A stretch of 64,000 nt of DNA from a bacterium (lineage in GTDB: Bacteria > UBA8248 > JACPRG01 > G963555815): assembly GCA_965218795.1 (NCBI GenBank), contig OZ244653.1:4864001-4928000 (forward strand), written 5' to 3'. Under the pieces are notes generated by a model, which saw nothing but the letters and a program-made list of their open reading frames with translations, did no database searches and had not been told where the DNA came from. Position 1 is the stretch's first letter; each line of letters begins with the position of its first letter. The position numbers and the translations under genes were made by a program. Shown here one piece after another: positions 37,698-47,745 of this stretch.

Positions 37698-38549
37698 TCA
37701 TAGCTTGAGCAGCCTTCTCGCGTTTTCAATAAAGATGTTCCCTCTCAGTTCTTCTTTAAAACCAGCATCCTCATAGTCCTTCATCCACCGTTCCGGTGAG
37801 AGGACAGGATAATCCGAGCCAAAGAGAACACGGTCTCCCAGAGCGAAGTTTGTGTAGTGGACGAGAGATGGGGGGAAATACTTCGGGGACCAGCCGGAGA
37901 GGTCGATATAGACGTTCGATTTATGCATTGCGACCGCCAGCATCTCATCCTGCCAGGGCCAAGCGGGATGGGCGCCGATAATGGTCAATCCCGGGAAATC
38001 AGCCGCCACGTCGTCAACATACGGGATGGGGCGAACAAACTTCAGTTTCATCCCCAACCCGCCCGGCGCCCCTGCGCCGATCCCGCACATCCCGATGTGA
38101 AACAGGCAGGGGAGTTCGTGCTCCTCGCATTTGGCCCAAAGGGGATAAAAACGTTGATCGTTGGGGTAGAAGGCTTGCTCGGCGGCGTGAAACTTCATGC
38201 CTCGGAGACCTAAATCCTTAATGCGGTCGACGATTTCCAAGGCACGTTTTCCTTTCCAGGGATCGACGCTGCCAAAACCCATGAATACGTCGGGATGCTT
38301 CTTGACGGCGGCGGCCACATGCTCATTGGATACGGGCGGGGTACCAAAATTGCTCTCGCAGTCGAGCGCCAACAGAACGGCTTTCATGTTGAGTGAGCGG
38401 TAGTAATCCGCCGTGACGTCCAGGCTTTCAACGGTCATTTTCCGACGAAAGTACTTTTCCGCATGATCAAAAAATCTTCCCAAAAAATTCACATGGGCTT
38501 CATCGGCTGGGTGAACATGAATGTCAATGGCCTTGAGGTCGTCGCTCAT
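37698..38549 (-). CDS. Amidohydrolase_2 family protein
   Basis: IDIHVH, GMKFH, AHPAWPW, DLSGWSPKYF and FGSDYP motifs. Confidence 0.9.
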   Translation of the reverse strand: MSDDLKAIDIHVHPADEAHVNFLGRFFDHAEKYFRRKMTVESLDVTADYYRSLNMKAVLLALDCESNFGTPPVSNEHVAAAVKKHPDVFMGFGSVDPWKGKRALEIVDRIKDLGLRGMKFHAAEQAFYPNDQRFYPLWAKCEEHELPCLFHIGMCGIGAGAPGGLGMKLKFVRPIPYVDDVAADFPGLTIIGAHPAWPWQDEMLAVAMHKSNVYIDLSGWSPKYFPPSLVHYTNFALGDRVLFGSDYPVLSPERWMKDYEDAGFKEELRGNIFIENARRLLKL

Positions 38550-39338
38550 GACTCAGTTCCTTCCCGGCGGAAATCCCTCCCGCTCTTGATCAGCTGCCGC
38601 GGCATTTTCCGGCCTCATTGGGGTCGTATCTCTTCTGTTTCCGTGGCTTTCGGTGAGCGGCTAACCGCCTGTCCAACTCAATCCATGTTCGGAGGCATTT
38701 CCCTCTGAGTGCGTGCGACCATGCTCTGCAACAGATGGGCCTCGCCTCGCGGCGGCTCGCTCGATCCAATACGATAATTGACAGCGGTTTGCGGTGTCCA
38801 GGACTCGGGTACAGAAGTGGACCCTCGCAAGGGGAACTCCCCCGTGAACCACCGTCGTGTGGTCATTGCGTATCCCTCCCTCAGTCGGTGGAATACACCT
38901 TAGCAAACTGTCCAAGATAGTGGGACCACCTCATCATTCTCTTCTCCAGGCTTACTGTCGAGCGTTTCTCAGACTGGAAGCCCCGACTGCTCCTTCCGAA
39001 AGATGCTTTGGCGCGATAGTCTTGAGGTTCGTCGGAAGCGAGAGATTTTTGACGGGGCTGATTGGCCAAGCGATTAAGTTCTACCTGCGCATCATCTCGA
39101 CCAGTTTCAAGTGCGCCATCTTAAGGATGGGGCGTGCGTGACGAGAATTGCCGCCTCCCCCGACGATGAGGCGGATCGTACGAGTCCTGTCGGATCGTAT
39201 CACGGGTACGGGTCATGCCGAGATTGCGGATCAGGGCGACGCGAAGACTTTGCTCTGTCTGAAACCGATGGGGACCATCGCGCATCAGCAGCTGACGCGG
39301 GGAACGTCGAATTCCCGAATCACGACGGACGTGCGGAG

Positions 39339-40208
39339 TCAGTGACCGAACAGGTATTTCAGGGTGATCATCAGGGACCAATGGTTCATACCTCTGATTT
39401 TGGTGAGGTTGGTCAGGCCGTCAACGGGATGCTCTACATAGCTGCTTGTGTCCTCGATGTCCCCCACGTGAGTATAGGCCAGCTTCAAGCCGAGCAGGGT
39501 CTTGTTGCTCAGGCTGTAGTCGGCGCCGGCGTACAGGTGTTTGGCGAGGGCGGTACCGGACAGGTCGACGTCCTGCCGGCTGTTGAACGATTGCAGTGGA
39601 GGGTCCGAAGGACGCTGCGTACCCTTGTAATCGCTTTGAAAACGCAGGTTGGACACCTTGACGAACGAGAGGCCCAGTCCGGCGCCGAGGTAAGGAATCA
39701 CTCGGTTGGCCACGGTCGGGAAATCGTAGTAAAGGTTGAGCGACAGCGTGCGCGTCGTCAGATCGCCGATTGAGGTCATGGAGTTGGATCGAATGTCGTT
39801 TCCGGCATCCCTGATGGATGTTCCATCCAGATAGCTGATTCCAGAGAATTTCTGCTCAATATCATTTTTTCGCTGGCTGGCTGACAATTCCAGGCGCGCG
39901 CCATCGAACATGTAGCCGATTGCACCTTCGAACGCAACGCCGGTATCCGCTTCCAGGTCGTAGCGCCAGCGATAGCCGTCGGGCATTCCGCCGGGGCGAT
40001 GACTGCAATCGTCATTCGGATAACAGATCGTGTCCCGGTTGCGGCCCGCCTGCTCCATGCCGGAAGACCAATTCGCCCCGACGCCCGCGCCCACGTACCA
40101 CCCGGACCGCTGCGGCTCTCCGGCCGCGTTCCCGCCCGACGCGCCGAGCACAATGCAGACCCCCAGTATGCCCAGTATGGCGCGCAACATCGCCGATGAC
40201 AGCTGCAT
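39339..40208 (-). CDS. Outer-membrane beta-barrel protein (opacity/Msp2-like)
   Basis: Signal peptide, SGWYVGAGVG, LNLYYDF, PYLGAGLG and a terminal LKYLF beta-signal. Confidence 0.8.
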   Translation of the reverse strand: MQLSSAMLRAILGILGVCIVLGASGGNAAGEPQRSGWYVGAGVGANWSSGMEQAGRNRDTICYPNDDCSHRPGGMPDGYRWRYDLEADTGVAFEGAIGYMFDGARLELSASQRKNDIEQKFSGISYLDGTSIRDAGNDIRSNSMTSIGDLTTRTLSLNLYYDFPTVANRVIPYLGAGLGLSFVKVSNLRFQSDYKGTQRPSDPPLQSFNSRQDVDLSGTALAKHLYAGADYSLSNKTLLGLKLAYTHVGDIEDTSSYVEHPVDGLTNLTKIRGMNHWSLMITLKYLFGH

Positions 40209-40359
40209 GACAACACCTCCCGTCTGATTCGATGATTCGGACAAATGCGAGCGGTATGCTCGAAGTCGGCTGTGTATCATACCTGAACCGGCGGCAACCG
40301 CTGCTCTGCCCGAGTCCAGGCGAGGTTGACATTCGGCATCCATAGCCTCGCGTATGAGG

Positions 40360-40578
40360 TCAGTCGAGTCCGCCACGCAGCCACCGGGCCAGCGCCTTGT
40401 TCGGAGAAGGGATCTCCCTCACAGACGTATCGTAGTCGTCTTCCCACCCTCATTCAGAGAGACCAGTGAGGAGCATGAGGTTCAGGGGATAATCTTCGAA
40501 GTCTATGCATCTTCTGACATCGTCGCGGAAGAGAAAAGTCTTTTTCCCGAGGCGGATCGCGACGCCGAACTCTACCAT
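40360..40578 (-). pseudogene. C-terminal fragment of a nucleoside 2-deoxyribosyltransferase-like protein with an internal stop
   Basis: MVEFGVAIRLGKKTFLFRDDVRRCIDFEDYPLNLMLLTGLSE*GWEDDY...KALARWL. Confidence 0.6.
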
Positions 40579-40910
40579 CCAGGAGCGGCGGTGAATCGTG
40601 TCAAGTCCAAAAGCGTACTATTCCGACACCAAAAAGACCCGACGGGACCGGCCTTCGGTTCAGGCAATGGACCGGGGGACGGGCGTTTCTCTCATGTCCC
40701 CGGCCCCAGTGATTTTCGTTTATATTTCGTATAATATGGGACATCTTCACAACCTGTCAAGGGGTTTTTCGTCTTTATTTTGTTTTTCCGGGGGTTTCAG
40801 GCAGTCAAAAAAATTTTCCAGGGTGTACCAAAACCAGCGGTTGGAACGAACGCCGCAACGACCTTGGGGCGTTGTCCCCGCGATCAAGCCGGTGGATGAG
40901 ACAACGGAAA

Positions 40911-40945
40911 AGGGAACCCGTGTCCTGCGGTTCTGGAACAATGAG
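40911..40945 (+). pseudogene. Tiny DUF559/Vsr-like endonuclease C-terminal scrap
   Basis: GTRVLRFWNNE motif only. Confidence 0.4.
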
Positions 40946-41223
40946 ACGGTGACCCATGCAGAGGGTAAGGGCCATCATGGACCCACTTGATTCCGCCGCC
41001 GGCTATGAAGCATGGACCGATGTGCTCAAGCTGCGCGGCGGCGAGACGTTCTGACGAGATATTGGTGATGCGATCAAGGAAAACGGGTTTCCACGTCTTT
41101 GCGGCGGCGAGTACACGAGCATGCCATGCGCTCCCCGTCAAGTCGTGACCCGCTGAGGTGTTTTTTCCCGGCCGAAGGCACTCGTCCAAAACCATGGCGT
41201 AGGAGAGGGGATGTAGAAAAGGA

Positions 41224-41252
41224 TTGTAAACTGAGAGGTGATAGGTTACATT
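41224..41252 (+). promoter_or_regulatory. higBA promoter with overlapping inverted repeat
   Basis: TTGTAA-17 nt-TACATT, with TGTAA...TTACA symmetry. Confidence 0.5.
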
Positions 41253-41259
41253 CATGTAA

Positions 41260-41538
41260 ATGATCGTCCGCTTCCGGCATAAGGGACTCCAGCTTCTCTA
41301 CGAGAAGGGGGACCGGTGGCGGGTGCCGCCAGCATACGTCGCTAAAATCGAGCGTATTCTGGCACGTCTCGATGAGGCGACGGGGCCCACGAACATGGAT
41401 CTGCCGGGCTTCCGGCTGCATCCGTTGAAGGGCGACCTTGCCGGCTACTGGTCGGCCAGCGTGTCCGGCAACTGGCGCATCGTGTTTCGCTTCGAGGGCG
41501 TGCGTGCCAGCGACGTGGACCTGGTCGATTACCACTGA
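41260..41538 (+). CDS. higB: HigB/RelE family toxin
   Basis: [32 protein letters not shown] and DYH end. Confidence 0.93.
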   Translation: MIVRFRHKGLQLLYEKGDRWRVPPAYVAKIERILARLDEATGPTNMDLPGFRLHPLKGDLAGYWSASVSGNWRIVFRFEGVRASDVDLVDYH

Positions 41539-41552
41539 AGGAGGACCATGAT

Positions 41553-41840
41553 ATGCCGATGAAGAATCCACCCCATCCGGGCCTGTCCGTCCGTCACGAC
41601 TGCCTGGAGCCGTTGGGGCTCAGCGTGACGGAAGCTGCAAAGAAGCTGGGGGTCAGTCGCAAGCAGTTGTCCGATGTGGTCAATGGCCATTCGGGGATCT
41701 CGCCGGAGATGGCGATTCGCCTTGACAAGGCGTTCGGCGGGGACGCGAACACGTGGTACCGTCTGCAGGCGGCCTACGACCTGGCCCAAGCGATGAAACA
41801 AGCCGACCGGATCAAGGTCGAGCGGTTGTCTTTGATATAG
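41553..41840 (+). CDS. higA: HigA family antitoxin
   Basis: [20 protein letters not shown] and [10 protein letters not shown] motifs. Confidence 0.93.
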   Translation: MPMKNPPHPGLSVRHDCLEPLGLSVTEAAKKLGVSRKQLSDVVNGHSGISPEMAIRLDKAFGGDANTWYRLQAAYDLAQAMKQADRIKVERLSLI

Positions 41841-42009
41841 AACAGGGCATGGGCGTAACATTCGATGGGGCTGGTCCTGCGTCCTGCGTTCATCGATTTG
41901 CAGTGAAATGGCATGGGATAAGGGTAAGACACCATCTTTTTCAATATATCCCAGGAATCGGAAACAATGTGTGTGGCGGCGTAAATACTTGAAAAATAGT
42001 CAGATACGA

Positions 42010-42043
42010 CAAGACCCCGATGGGGTCGCCCCTCGGGGTCTTG
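42010..42043. terminator. Hairpin between converging higBA and tRNA transcripts
   Basis: CAAGACCCCGA...TCGGGGTCTTG inverted repeat, with no strong U tract. Confidence 0.5.
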
Positions 42044-42082
42044 CGTTAACGAAGGAGCCGCCAAAGTTGGCGGTTGGATATT

Positions 42083-42158
42083 TGGCTCCCCGGGCCGGAC
42101 TCGAACCAGCGACATGGTGGTTAACAGCCACCCGCTCTGCCAACTGAGCTACCGGGGA
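42083..42158 (-). tRNA. tRNA-Asn (GTT)
   Basis: TCCCCGGTAGCTCAGTTGGCAGAGCGGGTGGCTGTTAACCACCATGTCGCTGGTTCGAGTCCGGCCCGGGGAGCCA: 76-nt cloverleaf with encoded CCA. Confidence 0.97.
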
Positions 42159-42224
42159 ACTGAGGTTTCCACAAATTCACTTCGATTGGCGGCAATACAC
42201 GCGCCGCCTCCCGAACGCTGCAAA

Positions 42225-42253
42225 AATATGACGCCTCGCCCAGCCAAAGTCAA
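42225..42253 (-). promoter_or_regulatory. tRNA promoter
   Basis: TTGACT-17 nt-CATATT on the minus strand upstream of the tRNA. Confidence 0.55.
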
Positions 42254-42529
42254 GGCAGAGGCCTGCTGAGGCCTCCTCTCTCGGCCTGCGGACGCCGCCC
42301 AACCGTTCAGATACACGGTCTGGAAAAAATCGGGACGCCCGATGTCGGTGATGAGGCGGCCTCCGGCCTCACTGTCGGCGTGGGAGGGAACGTGACACGT
42401 CTTTCCTTCGAAGGCGGACCGAACCGACAACAGGGCCAAGCCGCTCTCACAGGTCGCGCGATTCTTGCCATAACGTACGCGGCTCGGATGTCGAACATGG
42501 ATTGCGGCGCGATGACATGCGACAGTTCC

Positions 42530-42700
42530 CGGCGCACCAGACCGTCAAATCCGCAGGCGCTCAACGAACGCGATTCCGTATGTCGCCGGCACGGGTTGCA
42601 AATGGCGCGGCCTCTCCGTCGGCTTGGCAACTGGCATACCATCTACATGCGGCGGGCGCTGGGCGGGCAGACGCCGACTGGCGGTGATGGCGCCGGCGAG
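42530..42700 (+). mobile_element. IS5-family transposase N-terminal remnant
   Basis: Frameshifted SNPQALN / YVAGTGCKWRGL / GNWHTIYMR. It ends at the IS3 inverted repeat. Confidence 0.6.
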
Positions 42701-42705
42701 TGGAT

Positions 42706-43746
42706 TTACCCCGTTTCAGTGGACAGTTTATGGCTGTCACCTCCAGCCCTGAGTTGGGCGACAGCCGGTGGACGTAAAGTCTTCCCCAAGATCGGTGGAT
42801 AGGATATCGCTGGAGGGGATATCTTTCCCTTTGGCTCTCCGCTCCAGCAAGCACCGGGCACCCCTCGGGCCGGACGATGAACGTTGCGCACTGCACCCGG
42901 CGTTGCCTTCGCCGCGTCGCGTTCGTAGTCGTTGGGGCTGAGGTAACCCAGGGCGGAGTGCCGGCGGCGTGGGTTGTACCAGCCTTCGATGAATTGGAAG
43001 ATCGCCATGCGCGCCTCGGCCTGGGTACGGAACGAACGCCGGTCGATGAGCTCGCACTCCAGCGTGGCGAAAAAGCTCTCGGCCATGGCGTTGTCATAGC
43101 AGTCGCCGGCCGACCCGGTCGAGGGAAGCACCCCCATCTCCCGGCACCGCTTGCCGAAGGCGAGCGAAGTGTACTGCGTTCCCCGGTCCGAATGATGCAC
43201 GACCCCATAGGGCCGGCGCTGTCCCAGCGCCATGTTGAGCGCCCCGAGCACCAGCTCGGTGCGAAGATGATGGGCCATGCACCACCCTACGATCCGGCGG
43301 CTGAACACGTCGAGCACGATGGCCAGGTACACGAACCCCGCCCAGGTCGGCACGTAGGTGATGTCGGCCACCCAGATTCGGTCCGGCCCATCGGCCTGGA
43401 ACTGGCGTTCGACCCGGTCCGGGACCGCACGATGACTCGGGTCCAGACGCGTGGTGCGCGTGCCCCGGCGCCGGCTCACCCCGGCCAAGCCCGCCTCGCG
43501 CATCAGACGAGCTACCCGTTTGCGGCTCACCCGACGCCCGTTGGCCGTCAACTCGGCATGCATCCGAGGCGCCCCGTAGGTGCCGCCAGATGCCTCGTGG
43601 ATGGCCCGGATCGTGCCCCCCAACGCCTCGTCGTGCTTCGCACGATTGGAACGCCCACGGCTTCGCCACGTGTAGTACCCGCTGGAGGAGACACCCAGCA
43701 CCCGGCACATCGTGGCCACCCGATGACAGGCCTGGTTCGCCTTCAC
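42706..43746 (-). CDS. IS3 family transposase OrfB (integrase core)
   Basis: YGAPRM, WVADITY, HHSDRGTQY, DNAMAESFF and YNPRRRHSALG motifs. Confidence 0.92.
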   Translation of the reverse strand: MKANQACHRVATMCRVLGVSSSGYYTWRSRGRSNRAKHDEALGGTIRAIHEASGGTYGAPRMHAELTANGRRVSRKRVARLMREAGLAGVSRRRGTRTTRLDPSHRAVPDRVERQFQADGPDRIWVADITYVPTWAGFVYLAIVLDVFSRRIVGWCMAHHLRTELVLGALNMALGQRRPYGVVHHSDRGTQYTSLAFGKRCREMGVLPSTGSAGDCYDNAMAESFFATLECELIDRRSFRTQAEARMAIFQFIEGWYNPRRRHSALGYLSPNDYERDAAKATPGAVRNVHRPARGVPGACWSGEPKGKISPPAISYPPILGKTLRPPAVAQLRAGGDSHKLSTETG

Positions 43747-43806
43747 GAGCCCGAAGACCTCCCCGGCACCGAGCCGGTCTCCCGTGCGAACCAGACCGCG
43801 GCTTTC

Positions 43807-45172
43807 CTAAGAAACTGCCTCCGCACCCTCCTGCAGAACATACCCCAGAGAAGCGGCCCGTCGGCGAAGATTCTTCACCACACGCTGACGATAACGCTCT
43901 TCATAGTATGAAGCGCCGGGATCCACATACTTCTGCCCATATCGCAGCGTGTTGTATAGCAGGACCGCAATCTTTCGGGCGGTGGCAGTCACCGCCTTGG
44001 CCTTGCCGATCCGCGCCGACAATCGACGATAGAACGCTCCGAGCGCGGTCTCGGTCCTGCCCACCGCCACCGCCGCCAGACGCAGCACCGCAGCGGCCCG
44101 ATTCGACGTACGGCGCGTTCTCGAGGCCAGAACGCGTCCACCGGAGATCTTGTTCGCCGGCGCCAATGCAAGCCACGACGTGAAGTGCTTCGCGCTCGGC
44201 CATCGAGACATATCCGTCCCACATTCGGCGATGATCTTCAGCGCAAGGTAGGGGCCGACTCCGTGAATCTGGGTCAGGTCTACGCCGAGCAACGCATACA
44301 GGGCGCCTCGTACGTCGAAGTTCAATCCGTTGGGCTGACGCGCCTTGTGCCGAGGCGCGGGCAGCGCCGCCGACGGCTCATCGACGCCATCACTGAGGCG
44401 ACCCAGGACCGCCTCGATTTCCTGGTCGCAGCGAGCCACTTGTGCTTGATACACATCGTACAGCTCCAGGGCCTGTCTCAGCGCAAAGACGTGCTCGCGT
44501 TGGTAATGCCCGACAAGCGCTTCACGGATCGTCTCGCGTGAGGATTTACAACGGCTGTCGCGCCATGCCGCGAGTAAGTCGGGGTCGACGACCCCCGACG
44601 CGATCGCCCGAATCATCCGCAGCCCCGTCACCCCCGTGATGTCGGACACAACATGGTGAAGCTGAACATTCATCTGGGTCAGCGCCTTTTGCATGTGTTG
44701 AATGTGCGCCGCTGCATAGTCGCAGGAGGCGCTCGCGCTGTCTCAGGTAAGACCGCAACTCTGCGATCCCGCGAGTGGGGCGAAAACTGGCTCGCAACAA
44801 ACCGTACTGGTGCAGCTGCTGCAGCCACTGCGCATCGTTCACGTCACTCTTGCGTCCCGGAACCGTCTTCACCTCCCGAGCGTTCACCACGATCACTTCC
44901 AATCCATGCTCTTGAAGGATCTCGAACAACGGGATCCAGTAAACGCCCGTGGACTCCATCGCGACCGTCTCGACCCCAGCCTCTTCGAACCAGTCGGCAA
45001 GACGCTGCAGGTCGTTGGTAAAGGTCTTGAAGGTGCGTACGGGCTCGTCAGTACCCTTCGATCCCACCGCGGCCACATGGATTCGCGACCCAATGTCCAC
45101 CCCCGCCGCATTGGGATGGACCACCGTCATGCCTCGGGAAGAACGTTTCGTCCTGCGCTTTGTACTCGCCAT
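43807..45172 (-). pseudogene. IS110 DEDD recombinase with a +1 frameshift near 44722
   Basis: GVDIG, AMESTGVYW and KSDVNDAQWL in the first ORF; IHGVG and SGG (catalytic Ser) in the second. One extra C breaks LL-DYAAAHIQHMQKAL. Confidence 0.9.
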
Positions 45173-45199
45173 GGGTCCCTCTCCTTAATCATGTTGGGA

Positions 45200-45352
45200 G
45201 ATGTCCGAGAGGCGGGACGGCGGTTCCCATCATTTTCCTAATCGGGCTCGTCGATCGACGGCGCCACAGTCAAGTCCGCAGCAGTCCCTGAACCACGTTT
45301 TTTGCGGGGTCATGATCCTCCAAAAAGCTGACGGTTGCTCCCCCCGGACATC
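45200..45352 (-). ncRNA. Predicted IS110 bridge RNA
   Basis: Closing stem GATGTCCGGGGGG/CCTCTCGGACATC. Internal segments TTAGGAA and GTCCCG match the two element ends and CAAAAAA matches the target A-run. TAGAAT (-10-like) lies just upstream. Confidence 0.7.
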
Positions 45353-45411
45353 GCACATTCTACGCTGCCCACCAAGTTTCCATTCGTCCAGGAAGACGCC
45401 GTCTTGTCCCG

Positions 45412-45665
45412 TTTTTTAGGATCTCCCGCTCTTCGCGAAGCTGACGGACCTCTCGACGAAGCCGCCGCAGCTCCTCGAGCTCCGTACTTGTCAGACCGTC
45501 CTCACGACGGCCCTCGTCGCGGTCGGCCTGGCGCACCCAGTTGCGAATCACCGAAGCAGAACACTCGAACTCCCGGGCCAGCTCCCCGGGCGTACGGCCC
45601 GAGCGAACCAACTCGACCATCTGGCGCCGCTACTCCGGCGCGTAGGGCGAATGAGTCTTTCGCAT
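45412..45665 (-). pseudogene. IS3 OrfA 5' part (premature TAG, split by IS110)
   Basis: MRKTHSPYAPE*RRQMVELVRSGRTPGELAREFECS...LREEREILK. Confidence 0.85.
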
Positions 45666-45748
45666 CTGAACACCTCCTGCGCACACTCTGAAGGTGTCCA
45701 CGAAAACGGGTCAACTCCAGCGTGCCGCGCACGGCGAAGCCGTCGGTG

Positions 45749-47367
45749 TCAGCCGTTGAGAAGATCGTTCGCAACCTGCCGCGCTTCGTCCAGAGTTTCG
45801 ACGATGTGCTCCTCCGGTACGTGCTGCAGGATACCGAGGGTGTGAAGGGTGTTCGCAACGGAGCCCGAGGCGCCCATTACGATGAACCCGATCTGCTCTC
45901 TCGTGGCGACGTCCATGAGCTGCTCTATCACCATGGCAGCGCTGTCGTCGAGATATGTGGCGCCGGAGAAATCAAAGATGACGACCTCGTGGTCCTTGAT
46001 GTCCGCGCTGATCACGCCCACCAGCTTGTAGGAGGATGCGACGGTGAAGCTCCCCTTGAGCGCCACCATGCCGACCCGCGCCGCGTACGGGTCCGCCGTG
46101 GCCATGTCCTCCCGTTCGGAGAAGAACGTCCGGTCCAGCAGTGGCACGGAAACCACGCTGTCGAGTTCCAAACCTTCCAGTTGCCGCGCATGGGCCATTC
46201 CTCCGGCGATCAGCCCGATCGCTACCGCGGTTACCAGATCGACGAACACCGTAAGGCCCAGCGTCATCAGCATGACGAAAAGGTGTTCGCGCCGGATGCG
46301 GTGGACACGGGCGAGAAGACGCCAGTCGATGATGTCCCAGCTGACTTTCATCAGGACGCCGGCGAGAGCGGCAAGAGGGATCGGCTCGACAGACTGGCCG
46401 AGGCCCAGCACCAGCGCCAGCGTAAGGATCGCCCCCAATGCGCCCGATACCCGGGTGAGTCCGCCGGCGCGTATGTTGGTCACGGTACCCACGGTGGCCC
46501 CGGCGCCGGGCAGCCCCCCGAAGAGTCCCGCAACCATGTTTCCGATACCCTGACCGACCAGCTCCCGATCCGGGTTGTGGCGCGTACCGGTCAGCGAATC
46601 GGCTATCAGGGAGGTGAGGAGGCTGTCCACGGAACCGAGCAGGGCGAGAATGAGCGCCGGCTGCACTGCGTGCAACAGGAAGCCGACGGACGGCAGCCCC
46701 AACTGCACGCCCGGCAGGCTGGTCGGCACCTGCCCGATGATCGGCGCATCGTTCAGCCACAGCACGCCCAGCAGCGTGCCGGCCATCAGCGCCGCAAGAG
46801 GAGCCGGCAGGAGTCTCGCCAGCCGACGGGGCCAGAGCACGCCAACCGCGAGAGTAACGGCGGCGATGGCGAAGGCGCTGAAGTTGATGTTGGCCACCGC
46901 CTCGGGCAACGCCCCGGCCGCGCGCCCATGGGTCCGCCCGGCGCGGTGGGCGCTCCGAGGAAGGGCATGGCCTGAATCAGCATGATGATGATGCCGACCC
47001 CGGACATGAATCCGGAGATCACCACGTACGGCGTGTAGACCACGAAGCGGCCGACCCTCGATATGCCCAGGAGCGCCTGCAGCAGACCGGCCAGAACGAC
47101 GATGGTCAGGGCTTCGGTCAGATCGGCCGCGTGCTTGGTGACGATGACCGCCAGAGCGACGGTTATTGGGCCTGTGGGGCCGGATATCTGGGACCGCGTG
47201 CCGCCGAACACCGATGCGAAAAAGCCGACCGCGATCGCACCGTACAGGCCGGCCGCCGGCCCCAGGCCCGACGCCACACCGAAGGCCAGCGAGATCGGCA
47301 GCGCCACCACCATGGAGGTGACGCCGCCGAAGATATCCCCGCGAAGCGTATTGAAGTCGTAGCCCAT
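45749..47367 (-). pseudogene. SulP/SLC26 anion transporter with STAS domain, frameshifted near 46920
   Basis: GDIFGGVT..VVALP, QISGPTGP, RELVGQGIGN and STAS DFSGATYLDDS. The frame break lies in a GCGCGCG run. Confidence 0.85.
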
Positions 47368-47395
47368 GTGACTATGTCCCGCGCCGGGCGTACAG

Positions 47396-47545
47396 GTGAT
47401 CACTGACGGCTGGATCGGCTATGCCGGTCTGCCGGACCACGACCACGGATATCCGAAGCTCATCGGCGCGATGGCCGCCCACGTGGCGCTGAAATGGACC
47501 CACCGCGCGTTCTCCAATCTCAAGCGCTGGGCCGCTCGGCACCGC
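47396..47545 (+). mobile_element. IS1595-family transposase fragment
   Basis: ITDGWIGY...AAHVALKWTHRAFSNLKRW. Confidence 0.7.
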
Positions 47546-47745
47546 GGTACGCCTTCTCCTGTCCACACCGACCGACCCACGCTGTCAGCGGACCTTGCCT
47601 GCGTCCTGAAACCCACTGCCAAGCCCAACTGATCGACCCGATCGTCGGCCCAGACGAGCAATATCCTGGAGCACGGGGGGGGCAAAGGGATACGCCTTGA
47701 ATATCCTTATATCGATTGATTTGTGACAGCAGGATACCAGCTCCG

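Larger units (their letters stand above)
43806..45411 (-). mobile_element. IS110-family element, flanked by an AA core on both sides
   Basis: Removing it plus one AA restores IS3 orfA ATC CTA AAA AAA GCC GCG GTC TGG (ILKKAAVW). Confidence 0.9.
42701..45719 (-). mobile_element. IS3-family element interrupted by IS110
   Basis: 25-bp imperfect IRs TGGATTTACCCCGTTTCAGTGGACA / TGGAGTTGACCCGTTTTCGTGGACA enclose orfA and orfB. No target duplication was seen. Confidence 0.9.

Noticed and set aside
38560-39330. Short ORFs or possible ncRNA in a long intergenic stretch
   Set aside because: No motif, RBS-supported ORF or convincing structure was recognised.
40360-40578. In-frame TGA as possible selenocysteine
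   Set aside because: It lies in an N-terminally truncated fragment at a non-Cys-like position, and no SECIS is evident.
38600-42083. Integrative element with attL/attR at tRNA-Asn
   Set aside because: No integrase gene and no duplicate of the tRNA 3' end were found by eye.
45630-45632. In-frame TAG in IS3 orfA as possible pyrrolysine/recoding
   Set aside because: The element is already disrupted and other genes in the window use TAG as stop, so a nonsense mutation is simpler.
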